A stretch of 64,000 bases of DNA, taken from assembly GCA_001782075.1 (NCBI GenBank), contig MFNO01000022.1, positions 9,540 to 73,539 on the forward strand, read 5' to 3'. The stretch comes from Candidatus Levybacteria bacterium RIFCSPHIGHO2_01_FULL_38_26. GTDB lineage: Bacteria > Patescibacteriota > Microgenomatia > Levybacterales > UBA12049. Shown piece after piece: positions 51,386 through 60,559 of this stretch (position 1 is the first letter of the stretch; each line of letters starts with the position of its first letter). A program made the position numbers and the translations under genes. Below the pieces are notes generated by a model. That model saw only the letters and a program-made list of their open reading frames with translations, was not told the DNA's origin and made no database searches.

Positions 51386-52363
51386 ATGAAAGCGACAGCA
51401 GTTGCGCCGTCAAATATTGCTTTTATTAAATACTGGGGCAAAAAAGATGAGGGATTAAGAATTCCTTTGAATGGAAGTATTTCTATGAATTTAAGCAATC
51501 TTTTGACTACGACAACCGTCGAGTTTAACCCAAAATTTAAAAAAGATGCAGTCACAATTGATGATCAAAAAGAAGACGAAGCAAAAAACAGGGTAATTAA
51601 ACATTTGGATAGAGTAAGGAAAATTGCAAAAATAAATGATAGGGCAAAAGTTGTTTCGGTCAATAATTTCTCGACAAGCACTGGTCTTTCATCATCAGCG
51701 TCCGGTTTTGCTGCTTTGACCCTTGGCGCCTCATGTGCAGCAGGGTTAAATTTGTCAGAAAAAGAATTATCGATTCTTGCAAGAGTTGGTTCAGGATCTG
51801 CGTGTCGTTCTATTCCTGATGGTTTTGTTGAGTGGTTTCCTGGAGAAACAAACGAAACCTCTTATTCTGTATCATTTTTTCCTCAAGATTACTGGGATAT
51901 TGTTGATGTTGTTGCGATAATTAGTAAAGATAAAAAAGAAGTTCCAACAACAGCGGGTCAAAAATATACAAAAACTAGCCCCTTTCTCCCAACTCGTTTA
52001 GAACGAATAGAAGAGAAAATAAAATTAGTTAAAAAATATATTCAAGAAAAAAACTTTTCTCTTTTTGGAGAATTGATTGAGCAGGAAGCATTAGAGCTTC
52101 ATTCTATTATGCTGACGTCAAAACCACCGCTTATCTATTGGTTGCCAGAAACTTTGAAAGTAATGCATGCTGTTATAAAGTGGAGGCAAGAGGGGTTGCA
52201 AGTTTATTTTACTATTAATACAGGCCAAAACATTCACCTTATCTGTCGAGAGAAAGATTTGAAAAAAGTTATGGTCAGAATAAAAGAGTTATCAGTAGTA
52301 ATAAAAACAATTATTAACAATCCAAGCAGAGGCGCAGACTTGACAACATCTCATTTATTTTAA
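51386..52363 (+). CDS. mvaD: diphosphomevalonate decarboxylase
   Basis: NIAFIKYWGK, GLSSSASG, ARVGSGSACRS. Confidence 0.95.
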   Translation: MKATAVAPSNIAFIKYWGKKDEGLRIPLNGSISMNLSNLLTTTTVEFNPKFKKDAVTIDDQKEDEAKNRVIKHLDRVRKIAKINDRAKVVSVNNFSTSTGLSSSASGFAALTLGASCAAGLNLSEKELSILARVGSGSACRSIPDGFVEWFPGETNETSYSVSFFPQDYWDIVDVVAIISKDKKEVPTTAGQKYTKTSPFLPTRLERIEEKIKLVKKYIQEKNFSLFGELIEQEALELHSIMLTSKPPLIYWLPETLKVMHAVIKWRQEGLQVYFTINTGQNIHLICREKDLKKVMVRIKELSVVIKTIINNPSRGADLTTSHLF

Positions 52364-52367
52364 AATT

Positions 52368-53087
52368 TTATTTTCCAAACCTTCTTTGTCTGTTTGAGTA
52401 TTCTTGGACAGCGAAATCGATATCGTCTTCGTTTAGATCCGGAAAGTGTTTGTCAAAAAAAACATACTCTGCATAAGCTGCCTGCCAGATCATAAGCCCC
52501 GATGTTCTTTGTTCCCCGCTTGTTCTTATAATCAGATCTGGATTCGGATGCGGTTGGTCATGCGTGTCTAGAAATTGATTAAAATTCTTCTCATCTAAGT
52601 TTTGAACTTTGAACTCTTGCTCTGAGCGACGTCGAAGAGTTGAACTTTGAACTTTCTTGATTGCTCGGATTACTTCATCGCGTCCTCCATAGTCAAGAGC
52701 GACATTTAAAATATATTTTTTGAAATCTTTTGTTTTTTCTTCACTTTCTGTAATTTTTTTAAGCAAACTTTTAGGAAGCCTGTCTTTTCTTCCAAGGTGA
52801 ACCACTCGTATTTCTTCTTTTATGGACTCCTTTAGATTTTTTTCTATGAATATTTCATATAGTTTCATAAGATACCGAACTTCTTCTAGAGCTCTTTTCC
52901 AGTTTTCGGTCGAGAATGCCCAAAGGGTGAAGGTGTTTATTCCCAAAGTCCTTACTTTTCGTCCGATCTTTATCGCAGTGTCAAACCCAATCCTATGTCC
53001 CTCAAAGGTAGGTTTGTTACGAGATTTTGCCCATCTCCTGTTGCCATCTGGAATTATAGCCAAATGATTTGGAATGGTAAGTTGCAT
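52368..53087 (-). CDS. uppS: undecaprenyl diphosphate synthase
   Basis: HLAIIPDGNRRWA, FSTENW, YGGRDE, IRTSGEQR, RRFG. Confidence 0.96.
   Translation of the reverse strand: MQLTIPNHLAIIPDGNRRWAKSRNKPTFEGHRIGFDTAIKIGRKVRTLGINTFTLWAFSTENWKRALEEVRYLMKLYEIFIEKNLKESIKEEIRVVHLGRKDRLPKSLLKKITESEEKTKDFKKYILNVALDYGGRDEVIRAIKKVQSSTLRRRSEQEFKVQNLDEKNFNQFLDTHDQPHPNPDLIIRTSGEQRTSGLMIWQAAYAEYVFFDKHFPDLNEDDIDFAVQEYSNRQRRFGK
52601..52655. repeat. palindrome nested in TTTGAAC heptamers, in-frame in uppS
   Basis: TTTGAAC x2, CTC-TGAGCGACGTCGAA-GAG, then TTGAACTTTGAAC; encodes KVQSSTLRRRSEQEFKVQN. Confidence 0.75.
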
Positions 53088-53120
53088 ATTGTAAAATGGA
53101 GTATATCATAATATAATACT

Positions 53121-53807
53121 ATGATGGCAGCAAGGAAAGCGACTAGCAAAAGGACAAAATCCACAAATGTTTCCGCCTGGGAACCCAACAAAGAAACCTT
53201 TGCCTCGGGAAGAAAATCAAGACAGCTTTTCAGCAAACGAAATGTTTTCATTGCCCTTGGGATAGTAATAATTGTTGGAATTTTGTATTATTTCAGAGGT
53301 TTGTTTGTGGTCGCTTTAGTCAACGGTCAGCCAATAACTAGGTTTGAAGTAATCCAAGAGCTTGAGAAACGAGGTGGCGAGCAGACATTGTCATCTCTTG
53401 TTACACAAGCACTTATTGTTCAAGAGGCAGGAAGGCAGGGGGTAAATGTCACAGAAGCAGAGATCGATGAAGAAGTCAAAAAACTTGAGGATACTCTTAA
53501 ACAGCAAGGGCAGAATCTTGACGATGCGCTCATGTTTCAAGGAACAACTAGAGAGAAATTTAGAGAACAAATTCGTGTACAGAAACTTGTTGAAAAAATG
53601 TTGGCAGATGAAATAAAAGTAACAGATAAGGAAATTACTGATTATATTCAACAGAATAAAGATACTATTCCAGCAACCATGAGTCCTTCTGAAGTAACAT
53701 CAAGCGCAAAACAAGCATTGGAAGATCAAAAAATGTCTGTCAAAGTACAGGAGTGGCTGCAAAAATTACAGGAGGCTGCACAAATTCAGTACTTTGTTAA
53801 TTACTAA
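53121..53807 (+). CDS. SurA/PrsA N-terminal-domain foldase (no PPIase domain)
   Basis: TM anchor, ALVNGQPIT, VTEAEID, WLQKLQEAAQI. Confidence 0.82.
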   Translation: MMAARKATSKRTKSTNVSAWEPNKETFASGRKSRQLFSKRNVFIALGIVIIVGILYYFRGLFVVALVNGQPITRFEVIQELEKRGGEQTLSSLVTQALIVQEAGRQGVNVTEAEIDEEVKKLEDTLKQQGQNLDDALMFQGTTREKFREQIRVQKLVEKMLADEIKVTDKEITDYIQQNKDTIPATMSPSEVTSSAKQALEDQKMSVKVQEWLQKLQEAAQIQYFVNY

Positions 53808-54381
53808 TTTTTCTTCTGCTTATAATTCTTTCAAAGACCTGACTTATTAACATTCCAGTAAATAGCACGATTAAATAAATTGTCAAAAGGATTTGAAAAG
53901 GCGCGGGAGACGTCTTCATAATTCCCAAAATAAAAGCAGACCACCAAGATAGACTAGAAATAGACCCAAAGGCAAAAAACAATCTTCTTACCTCCTTGAT
54001 GTTTTCATCAGATGATGTCATCAATTCTCTAAAAGGGATAGATGAAAGTTTTGGAGAGATAAAGTGTAGAAAAAGTCCGTTGATAATTATCACAAATACA
54101 ACAAGCATCTTGGTCAAAAACTTTGCAGACTGAGAGTATTTATCGATATCTGAAAGAAATAAAAATATTCCCGCTGAAACAATTACTAAAAGACCGAACC
54201 AAATTATTTTTGAAAAAGCCCTTAAAATATTTATCTCTATTTTTGTAGCATTAAGGTTTTTTAGAAGTTTTAGGAAAAATACATCTGCAATCATTACCGT
54301 CCCAAAACTCACAAACACTCCGAAAAGATGAAGCGTTGTGAATAAAACTTTGTTCTGCTGTGCAAACCCAATTAAGTCCAT
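53797..54381 (-). CDS. hypothetical multi-TM membrane protein
   Basis: About 5 TM helices; TGcTAAAAT 7 nt upstream of ATG. Confidence 0.7.
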   Translation of the reverse strand: MDLIGFAQQNKVLFTTLHLFGVFVSFGTVMIADVFFLKLLKNLNATKIEINILRAFSKIIWFGLLVIVSAGIFLFLSDIDKYSQSAKFLTKMLVVFVIIINGLFLHFISPKLSSIPFRELMTSSDENIKEVRRLFFAFGSISSLSWWSAFILGIMKTSPAPFQILLTIYLIVLFTGMLISQVFERIISRRKISN

Positions 54382-54442
54382 GCAATTAATTTTAGCAGAA
54401 ACGGAAGGGATTTAATATAATATTAAACGGAAACTTGTCAGA

Positions 54443-54577
54443 TCAGATTTTGAAAATATATCCTTCCTCGGAGCGCGCGACTCTTCCCGCAGTCGGATTT
54501 GCAAAATACGTGCCATCCTCCATTTCAACAATCTGAAAAAACTCAACCTCCCCAATTTTCCATCTCAAGCTATTCAT
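54443..54577 (-). pseudogene. internally deleted MBL-fold hydrolase remnant (44 aa)
   Basis: Manual translation MNSLRWKIGEVEFFQIVEME-DGTYFANPTAGRVARSEEGYIFKI resembles the fused N- and C-termini of MBL-fold hydrolases; no HxHxDH. Confidence 0.5.
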
Positions 54578-54592
54578 TGTTTATAGATAAAT

Positions 54593-55381
54593 TTATTTCC
54601 TATCGGGATTTCTGTCGGGTTTTAAAAGATAAGATGAGATAGTATCATCGACTCCAGCATGCTGTATCCCTTCTATTTTAAAATGTCTGAATCCAGTAAG
54701 TTCATCAATACTTATTCCTTGATAAAAAACTTCTCTGTTTTCCTCGGAAGTCCTGCATATAATTCTTGAGTCAGAACCGGTATGTTGCCAAATATTATCC
54801 ATAATATTCTGTTTTGGCTTTGCAAGAAGAGCAACAAAAATTACTTTGTTACCATGTGTAGAGCCCTTTTGTCCGGTTGAGTTAACTACGCTTATTTTTT
54901 CACTCATGCCCAATTTTTCGATTACTTCTCTTGATCTGCTAACTACCTCGTCATTTTGTTCATAGCACTCAACGTTCGCGCCGGTCATTCTAGAAATAAG
55001 GATAGGAGATATTGTGAATGGGCCACTTCCTATAAACAAAACTCTGTCATCTTCTTTTACTTTTGCGAGTTCGGTTTCTTTGGCAATCAGCCGCTTAAAT
55101 CTATCGTACAGAGGGTATTCTTCTTCAGAATTTGTCTCACCTGATAGTAATTTTTGAGCAAATTCATTCTCCAAATTTGTTTCAAATTGTTCATAAAGAG
55201 CCTGTAATCTTTTTAAAGTATTTCTGTTTGCTAGATCGGAAACATCAGGATCTTTTAAATTGTCACTTTGCAAAAACATCTCATCCAGTCGAAAGCAGGC
55301 ATTTCTCACAGCTGAAGGGTCTTCAAGATTGGTACTTGCCAGTTGGCTGATTTCGGGTATAAGCTTTGGTATTTCGGTCAT
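54593..55381 (-). CDS. nicotianamine synthase-like (NAS/CntL family) SAM-dependent transferase
   Basis: ETNLE, RVLFIGSGP, VIFVALLAKPK, RIICRT..REVFY, matching the archaeal thermonicotianamine synthase layout. Confidence 0.82.
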   Translation of the reverse strand: MTEIPKLIPEISQLASTNLEDPSAVRNACFRLDEMFLQSDNLKDPDVSDLANRNTLKRLQALYEQFETNLENEFAQKLLSGETNSEEEYPLYDRFKRLIAKETELAKVKEDDRVLFIGSGPFTISPILISRMTGANVECYEQNDEVVSRSREVIEKLGMSEKISVVNSTGQKGSTHGNKVIFVALLAKPKQNIMDNIWQHTGSDSRIICRTSEENREVFYQGISIDELTGFRHFKIEGIQHAGVDDTISSYLLKPDRNPDRK

Positions 55382-55394
55382 TGTGAAAACAAAA

Positions 55395-55757
55395 TTATAT
55401 TTCCTGGTGGACCAGGTCTTTGGATTTGAAAAAATCTTTCGTGAACATCACTACTTTTTTTACGTCAAACTTCTTACAGCTGTAAATATCGGACGTAAAA
55501 AATTTGACTTTTCTCCAGGCATATACATGGCAGCCGGATTCTGTCCATGCGACAAAACCATTCAGCTCGTAGAGTGGCACATCTTGGTTATCCCATTTGT
55601 CTGGAGGCCAAGAGTAGGGACCAGAGAATATTCTCATCTTCAGGACTTTGGAAAGTTCTTTGAGATAATATTTTATTGTCTTACCATCGGCATTGATCCC
55701 ATAATGACCCTCAATGATAAGTCTTTGTCTGATAACACTCGGCTCTAAATTCTTCAC
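55395..55757 (-). CDS. pyruvoyl-dependent S-adenosylmethionine decarboxylase-like proenzyme (variant)
   Basis: GFVAWT-ES-GCHVYAW and DIYSCK (class 1b fold, Glu-Ser cleavage site); GTG start 6 nt after TGgTATAAT. Confidence 0.75.
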   Translation of the reverse strand: MKNLEPSVIRQRLIIEGHYGINADGKTIKYYLKELSKVLKMRIFSGPYSWPPDKWDNQDVPLYELNGFVAWTESGCHVYAWRKVKFFTSDIYSCKKFDVKKVVMFTKDFFKSKDLVHQEI

Positions 55758-55832
55758 ACCCAAATTATACCATTTAACCTATTTACAATTGCTATTGAGC
55801 TCCAATGAGCGTATAATTTCGTTAACAAAAAT

Positions 55833-56846
55833 ATGGCTACTGTAGGAAGATCAAAAAGTGGAATTAATTACCTTGCTGAGTTGTTAAGAGAAGCACCTAA
55901 AACTCTTACAAAGGTTTGTTTCTGGAAAATACCACATAATACTGGAAAAGAAGATATTAGATTAAAAATAGGAAGATATAATAAAGACGGTTTTGAAACT
56001 TTGGAAACTAGACAACCTAAAAGCGAATTAACACTTGATCACGAGGAGTTTCAAAACTTGCTTAAATTTTTATCAGAAAATTATGAACCTTTCAAGAAGG
56101 GTGTTATGAAATACATTCCAATTGATGAAAAATTTGATGAAAAGAGCATAGATCACCTGAGGGCAATTTTTGCAAATCCTGATAAGCAAAAAGTTTTAGA
56201 TTTCGTAGCAGAGAATAATATTCTTCCTGTGGATCTAATTGCTTCTCTACAACATCAAATGCGAATAAATGCGGTTCGAGAATTTGAAGGTATGTTAAAT
56301 AAAAATTTACTCGAGCAAAAGTGGCAAGAATGGTTTGAAAGAAACGATTGGGTATTGGGCAGCGAGTTTGTAAAAATTCTCGATGAAAGGGAAATAGATA
56401 CATCAAACATCACGGACTATTTAATGCAAGCATACGATGGATTTTTAGATATTATTGAAATAAAAAGACCAGAAGGAGATTTACAATTTTGGGCTGAAGG
56501 ACAAGATCACGGAAATTATGTGCCTTCAAACGACTTAACGAAAGCCATAACTCAAGCTACGAAATATATTTATGAAGTCGAACGAGAAGCGAATAGTATT
56601 AAGTTTTTGGAAAGGGTTGGAAATGTAAAAACCATTAAGCCACGCTGCATTTTAATTTTCGGAAGATCCAATGATTGGAATAATGAAAAAAGAGAGTCGT
56701 ATCGAATATTGAACTCAAGTTATCATAGCCTGACTATTATGACTTACGATCATGTATTAAGTAGGGCTAAAAGGATTTTGGGATTTAGTGGTAAGGAGGA
56801 AGCTGTTATGAAAGAAGATGTTCAACCAAAAGATGTATCCTTTTAG
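55833..56846 (+). CDS. sduA: Shedu (DUF4263) anti-phage nuclease
   Basis: WQEWFERNDWVLG, TDYL..IIEIKRP, AITQ..Y, LIFGR, IMTYD. Confidence 0.88.
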   Translation: MATVGRSKSGINYLAELLREAPKTLTKVCFWKIPHNTGKEDIRLKIGRYNKDGFETLETRQPKSELTLDHEEFQNLLKFLSENYEPFKKGVMKYIPIDEKFDEKSIDHLRAIFANPDKQKVLDFVAENNILPVDLIASLQHQMRINAVREFEGMLNKNLLEQKWQEWFERNDWVLGSEFVKILDEREIDTSNITDYLMQAYDGFLDIIEIKRPEGDLQFWAEGQDHGNYVPSNDLTKAITQATKYIYEVEREANSIKFLERVGNVKTIKPRCILIFGRSNDWNNEKRESYRILNSSYHSLTIMTYDHVLSRAKRILGFSGKEEAVMKEDVQPKDVSF

Positions 56847-56938
56847 ATATGCAAAATAAATCTTTTTTTGAACTAAAAACTAGGGGAATTTGGAGACGGT
56901 TCTTAGAAAATTTATTTACTAATCCAAAAGTTGTTTAG

Positions 56939-57511
56939 TTATGCTTTTGGGGGTTTTCCTTCATGACCATCTGAAATTGTTCTCCGAATGTCTTCGAGCG
57001 CGCTTCTGTCTTTTTCACTTAGGTCATCATTGCCACGAATGGTACGAAATGGATTTACTTCAAGCGAATCAGCCCTTCCCTCTTTACTTCTTCTTTCTAT
57101 TTCAAGATCAATAATGTTTGCATTGCCATCTTTAGATATTCGAGCCAGTTCTTTACCGGAGAATACAAAGTTGGAGATAGGTCTGGGTTTTCCTTCCCTT
57201 GCCATTATTTGATCTCCACTGTAATGTTCGCCTGCAATCTCGTCTGAAATATCAACTACTATCAAAAATCCTTTTTCTCCTGCAAAACCACGTGCCATTT
57301 CTTCATCATCGGTAAAGAATTGGGAACCGGCGATTTTTGCAAGTTTTGCCCATCTTCCAAAACGTTCTGATCCCATTCTGTTGATAACATCAATAGGATT
57401 TTTTGTCCCTTCCGAAGCAGCTTGTTTTGCAGTATTTAGCTCATTCCATTCATTTTCAAGTTTTTCATCAAGAATTTCTGGTTTTTCCTTATATCCTCTA
57501 TATAGTTTCAT
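56939..57511 (-). CDS. hypothetical protein with possible ADP-ribosyltransferase-like motifs
   Basis: LYRG near the N-terminus; FFTDDEEMARGFA...GFLIVV; leaderless-type promoter. Confidence 0.6.
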   Translation of the reverse strand: MKLYRGYKEKPEILDEKLENEWNELNTAKQAASEGTKNPIDVINRMGSERFGRWAKLAKIAGSQFFTDDEEMARGFAGEKGFLIVVDISDEIAGEHYSGDQIMAREGKPRPISNFVFSGKELARISKDGNANIIDLEIERRSKEGRADSLEVNPFRTIRGNDDLSEKDRSALEDIRRTISDGHEGKPPKA

Positions 57512-57668
57512 TGACTTAATGATACCATAATTATTTGAAATATAGGAAGTTGGGGTTATTTTGGAAAAGATTTATTTGATAGTCAAAATTGAAATATTTT
57601 TAACCTCTGTAAATATCGTGGGTGCCGATTTTATAGCTTTGAACATCGGGTGTTGATTGGCTTAGAGA

Positions 57669-58238
57669 TTATATTTCGTTATATCGGAAGCATTGTAGCT
57701 GGTGGTCGTTTACCATGCCAACTGCTTGCATGAAAGCATAGCAGATGGTGGGGCCGACGAATTTGAATCCTCTTTTGAGTAAATCTTTGCTCATTGTTTC
57801 CGCTTCTTTTGTCCTGGTTGGATAATCATCTAGATTTTTGAAAGAATTTTTTATAGGTTTGTAATTTACAAATCCCCATATATATTTGTCAAAACTTCCG
57901 AACTCTTTTTGGACGAGTATAAATGATTTTGCATTTTGAATTGCAGCAGCGATTTTTAATCGGTTTCTGATGATACCGCTATCGGCAAGAAGGGAATTGA
58001 TTTTTTTAGAGTCATATTTTGCAATTTTCTTTATATCAAATAAGTCAAAAGCTTTTTTGTAATTTTTTCTTTTCTTCAAAATAGTCATCCAGGATAACCC
58101 TGCTTGTGCGCCTTCAAGAATTAACATTTCAAATAATTTCTTGTCATCATGTACCGGTATTCCCCATTCAAAATCATGATATTCTATATCAAGCGGATCA
58201 TTACCGACCCACTCGCATTTGTTTTTATCATTTTTCAT
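57669..58238 (-). CDS. tag: DNA-3-methyladenine glycosylase I
   Basis: YHDFEWG, LEGAQAGLSW, IIRNRLKI, FKFVGPT, GMVNDH. Confidence 0.96.
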   Translation of the reverse strand: MKNDKNKCEWVGNDPLDIEYHDFEWGIPVHDDKKLFEMLILEGAQAGLSWMTILKKRKNYKKAFDLFDIKKIAKYDSKKINSLLADSGIIRNRLKIAAAIQNAKSFILVQKEFGSFDKYIWGFVNYKPIKNSFKNLDDYPTRTKEAETMSKDLLKRGFKFVGPTICYAFMQAVGMVNDHQLQCFRYNEI

Positions 58239-58254
58239 ACAGAAGCAATATTAA

Positions 58255-58277
58255 GACTTTGAGCTTGTCGAAAAGTC
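58255..58277. repeat. palindromic repeat core abutting the tRNA 3' end
   Basis: GACTT-TGAGCTTGTCGAA-AAGTC; core identical to 6689-6701. Confidence 0.7.
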
Positions 58278-58346
58278 GGGATGCCGTGAATCGGACACGG
58301 ACTACCGCACCCCCAGCGCGGCGTACTACCACTATACTACATCCCG
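58276..58346 (-). tRNA. tRNA-Pro(GGG), CCA not encoded
   Basis: Acceptor CGGGATG/CATCCCG + A73; anticodon arm CCGCG-CTGGGGG-TGCGG; T arm CCGTG-TCCGATT-CACGG. Confidence 0.92.
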
Positions 58347-58407
58347 TTCTGCGGAGCAGAATTTGACCTCTTGCATTATAACAAAAAAATGTTAGTATTA
58401 GAACCAA

Positions 58408-59487
58408 ATGGCGAGGGCTTCTAGTAATCAAAAAACCAAACTTCCAAACGGTCCAACTGAAGCGTCACAAAAACTTGATGCCGTAAGGCTTGCAATGGAG
58501 CAGATAGAAAAGCAGTACGGCAGGGGTTCTATAATGCGCTTTGGAGAGGCAGGAAAAAAGTTTGATATTTCTGTGATTTCAACCGGCTGTCTTCCTTTGG
58601 ATTTAGCACTTGGTGTGGGAGGCGTGCCAAGAGGAAGAATCGTTGAAATTTTTGGACCTGAGGCATCGGGTAAAACTACTGTTTGTTTATCCATTATCGC
58701 TCAAGCGCAAAAACACGGAGGAGTGGCGGCATTTATAGATGCAGAGCATGCCTTAGATCCTTTGTGGGCGCAAAGAATTGGAGTAAAGCTTGATGAGCTT
58801 CTTATTTCCCAACCGGATACGGGAGAGCAGGCCCTTGAAATAGCAGAGAGCCTTATCCGAAGCGGCGGGGTAGATGTTTTGGTGATTGATTCTGTTGCCG
58901 CATTAGTTCCTCGGGCAGAGATAGAAGGAGAAATGGGCGATGCAATGATTGGTCTTCAAGCAAGGCTTATGTCCCAGGCTCTTCGAAAATTAACAGGTGT
59001 TATTTCAAAATCAAAAACTGTCGCGATTTTTACCAATCAACTGCGGCAAAAAATTGGAGTGATGTTTGGAAATCCGGAGACAACAACCGGAGGGCTGGCG
59101 CTGAAGTTTTATGCATCAGTAAGAATGGATGTCAGGAAAATAGAAACCCTGAAAGATGGAGATAAAGCAATTGGATCAAGACATAGAGTAAAAATAGTTA
59201 AAAATAAAGTTTCAGCTCCTTTTAGACTCGCGGAGTTTGACGTGATGGGAGATGGCATATCACGGGAGGGGGGAGTTATAGATGTCGGAGTTGAGATGGG
59301 GATTATTCAAAAATCCGGAGCTTTTTATAAACATGGAAATACAATGCTTGGACAAGGAAAACAAGCGACAATAATGTATTTGAGAGAAAATCCAGAAGTT
59401 GCAAAAAAAATAATAGCTGAAATTATGCAGAAAAGCAGAGACGGCGGAATGCCGGTTGCCGTTGGGGTCGAAGAAGAGCAAAGCTAA
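58408..59487 (+). CDS. recA: recombinase RecA
   Basis: [37 protein letters not shown]. Confidence 0.99.
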   Translation: MARASSNQKTKLPNGPTEASQKLDAVRLAMEQIEKQYGRGSIMRFGEAGKKFDISVISTGCLPLDLALGVGGVPRGRIVEIFGPEASGKTTVCLSIIAQAQKHGGVAAFIDAEHALDPLWAQRIGVKLDELLISQPDTGEQALEIAESLIRSGGVDVLVIDSVAALVPRAEIEGEMGDAMIGLQARLMSQALRKLTGVISKSKTVAIFTNQLRQKIGVMFGNPETTTGGLALKFYASVRMDVRKIETLKDGDKAIGSRHRVKIVKNKVSAPFRLAEFDVMGDGISREGGVIDVGVEMGIIQKSGAFYKHGNTMLGQGKQATIMYLRENPEVAKKIIAEIMQKSRDGGMPVAVGVEEEQS

Positions 59488-60023
59488 TTGTCATCGGTCA
59501 TGATTACCTTTGAAATACCCTCGTATCTATTATATTTATTTACAATCAGCGGTAGCGCTTGATCCTCAATTTCAAATGGTTTTTTAAGCCATTCTACCTG
59601 CTGAAGCATCTGAAGATCACCTGATAGTTGCTTTTCGAACATTTTTTTGTTTTGGATCTTCATTGACAGCAAAAACTCTGTAGGTTTTGTATTTATATCC
59701 CAAGTTTGTACAATTTTCCTAGAACGTGCAAAAAAAAGCCTAGATGTTCCAAACGGCTCTAATGTTGTTTTTAATTCTTCCTTTATAGTTGGGTCAAGCC
59801 TTAGGATTTCCATTAAACCTAATTCTGTTGCCGCACGTGTCAATACCTGATGCGCATAATGTAATTCATTTTCCTGCAGTCTGTTTGCTAACGTTTGGTA
59901 TTCTGGGGATAGATATATCTCGCGTTCTAGCCAGCTTTCGGCTTTCTTACGAATGGGTATCATAAAATTATCCATTCGGTGCTCCGCTTCAAGAAGCCTC
60001 CTTCGCCTTTCATGCATGTTCAT
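59484..60023 (-). CDS. hypothetical protein between recA and recX
   Basis: 179-aa ORF; TGcTATAAT 8 nt upstream; no recognisable motif. Confidence 0.6.
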   Translation of the reverse strand: MNMHERRRRLLEAEHRMDNFMIPIRKKAESWLEREIYLSPEYQTLANRLQENELHYAHQVLTRAATELGLMEILRLDPTIKEELKTTLEPFGTSRLFFARSRKIVQTWDINTKPTEFLLSMKIQNKKMFEKQLSGDLQMLQQVEWLKKPFEIEDQALPLIVNKYNRYEGISKVIMTDDN

Positions 60024-60084
60024 GCAGTTGCATTATAGCATACCGATATGACAAGCGTATTTATGCTATGATAAGGCAAATAAA

Positions 60085-60552
60085 ATGGGTGATTTTGAAA
60101 GATTCTATAACAAAGCCCTTAGGTTTCTCTCCTTTCGTCCTCGGTCGGAAAAAGAAATAAGCGACAAGCTTAAAACACAAAAAGCATCCCCAGTTATTAT
60201 TGAAAAAGTGATTTCAAAGCTCAAAGAGCAAAAGTTTTTAAATGATGAGGAGTTTGCGAAGTGGTGGATTGAGCAGCGTACAACTTTTAAACCTCGGAGT
60301 TTGAGATTGATTAAGCTAGAGCTAAGACAAAAGGGAATCTCTAAAGAAATAATTGAATCAAGAATCATAAATCAAGAATCAAGGGGAGACTTGGAACGAG
60401 CGAAAGAGCTTGTTAAAAAAAGAATAGAAAAGTTTAGAGATCTATCAAAGAAAGAGATTTATCAAAAACTAGGTTCGTATCTTGCAAGAAGAGGGTTTGA
60501 TTGGGAGACGATAAAACAGGCAATTGACGAGTCGCTTTTTAAAAGAGTATAA
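60085..60552 (+). CDS. recX: regulatory protein RecX
   Basis: LSFRPRSEKE, LNDEEFA, ELRQKGI, LARRGF. Confidence 0.94.
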   Translation: MGDFERFYNKALRFLSFRPRSEKEISDKLKTQKASPVIIEKVISKLKEQKFLNDEEFAKWWIEQRTTFKPRSLRLIKLELRQKGISKEIIESRIINQESRGDLERAKELVKKRIEKFRDLSKKEIYQKLGSYLARRGFDWETIKQAIDESLFKRV

Positions 60553-60559
60553 TACAAAA

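Noticed and set aside
53797-58346. Integrated prophage or ICE at tRNA-Pro
   Set aside because: No integrase, phage or conjugation genes, and no duplicated tRNA 3' end found by eye; treated only as a variable region.
58228-58431. 67-aa minus-strand ORF
   Set aside because: Overlaps the tRNA-Pro gene; spurious translation of the tRNA.
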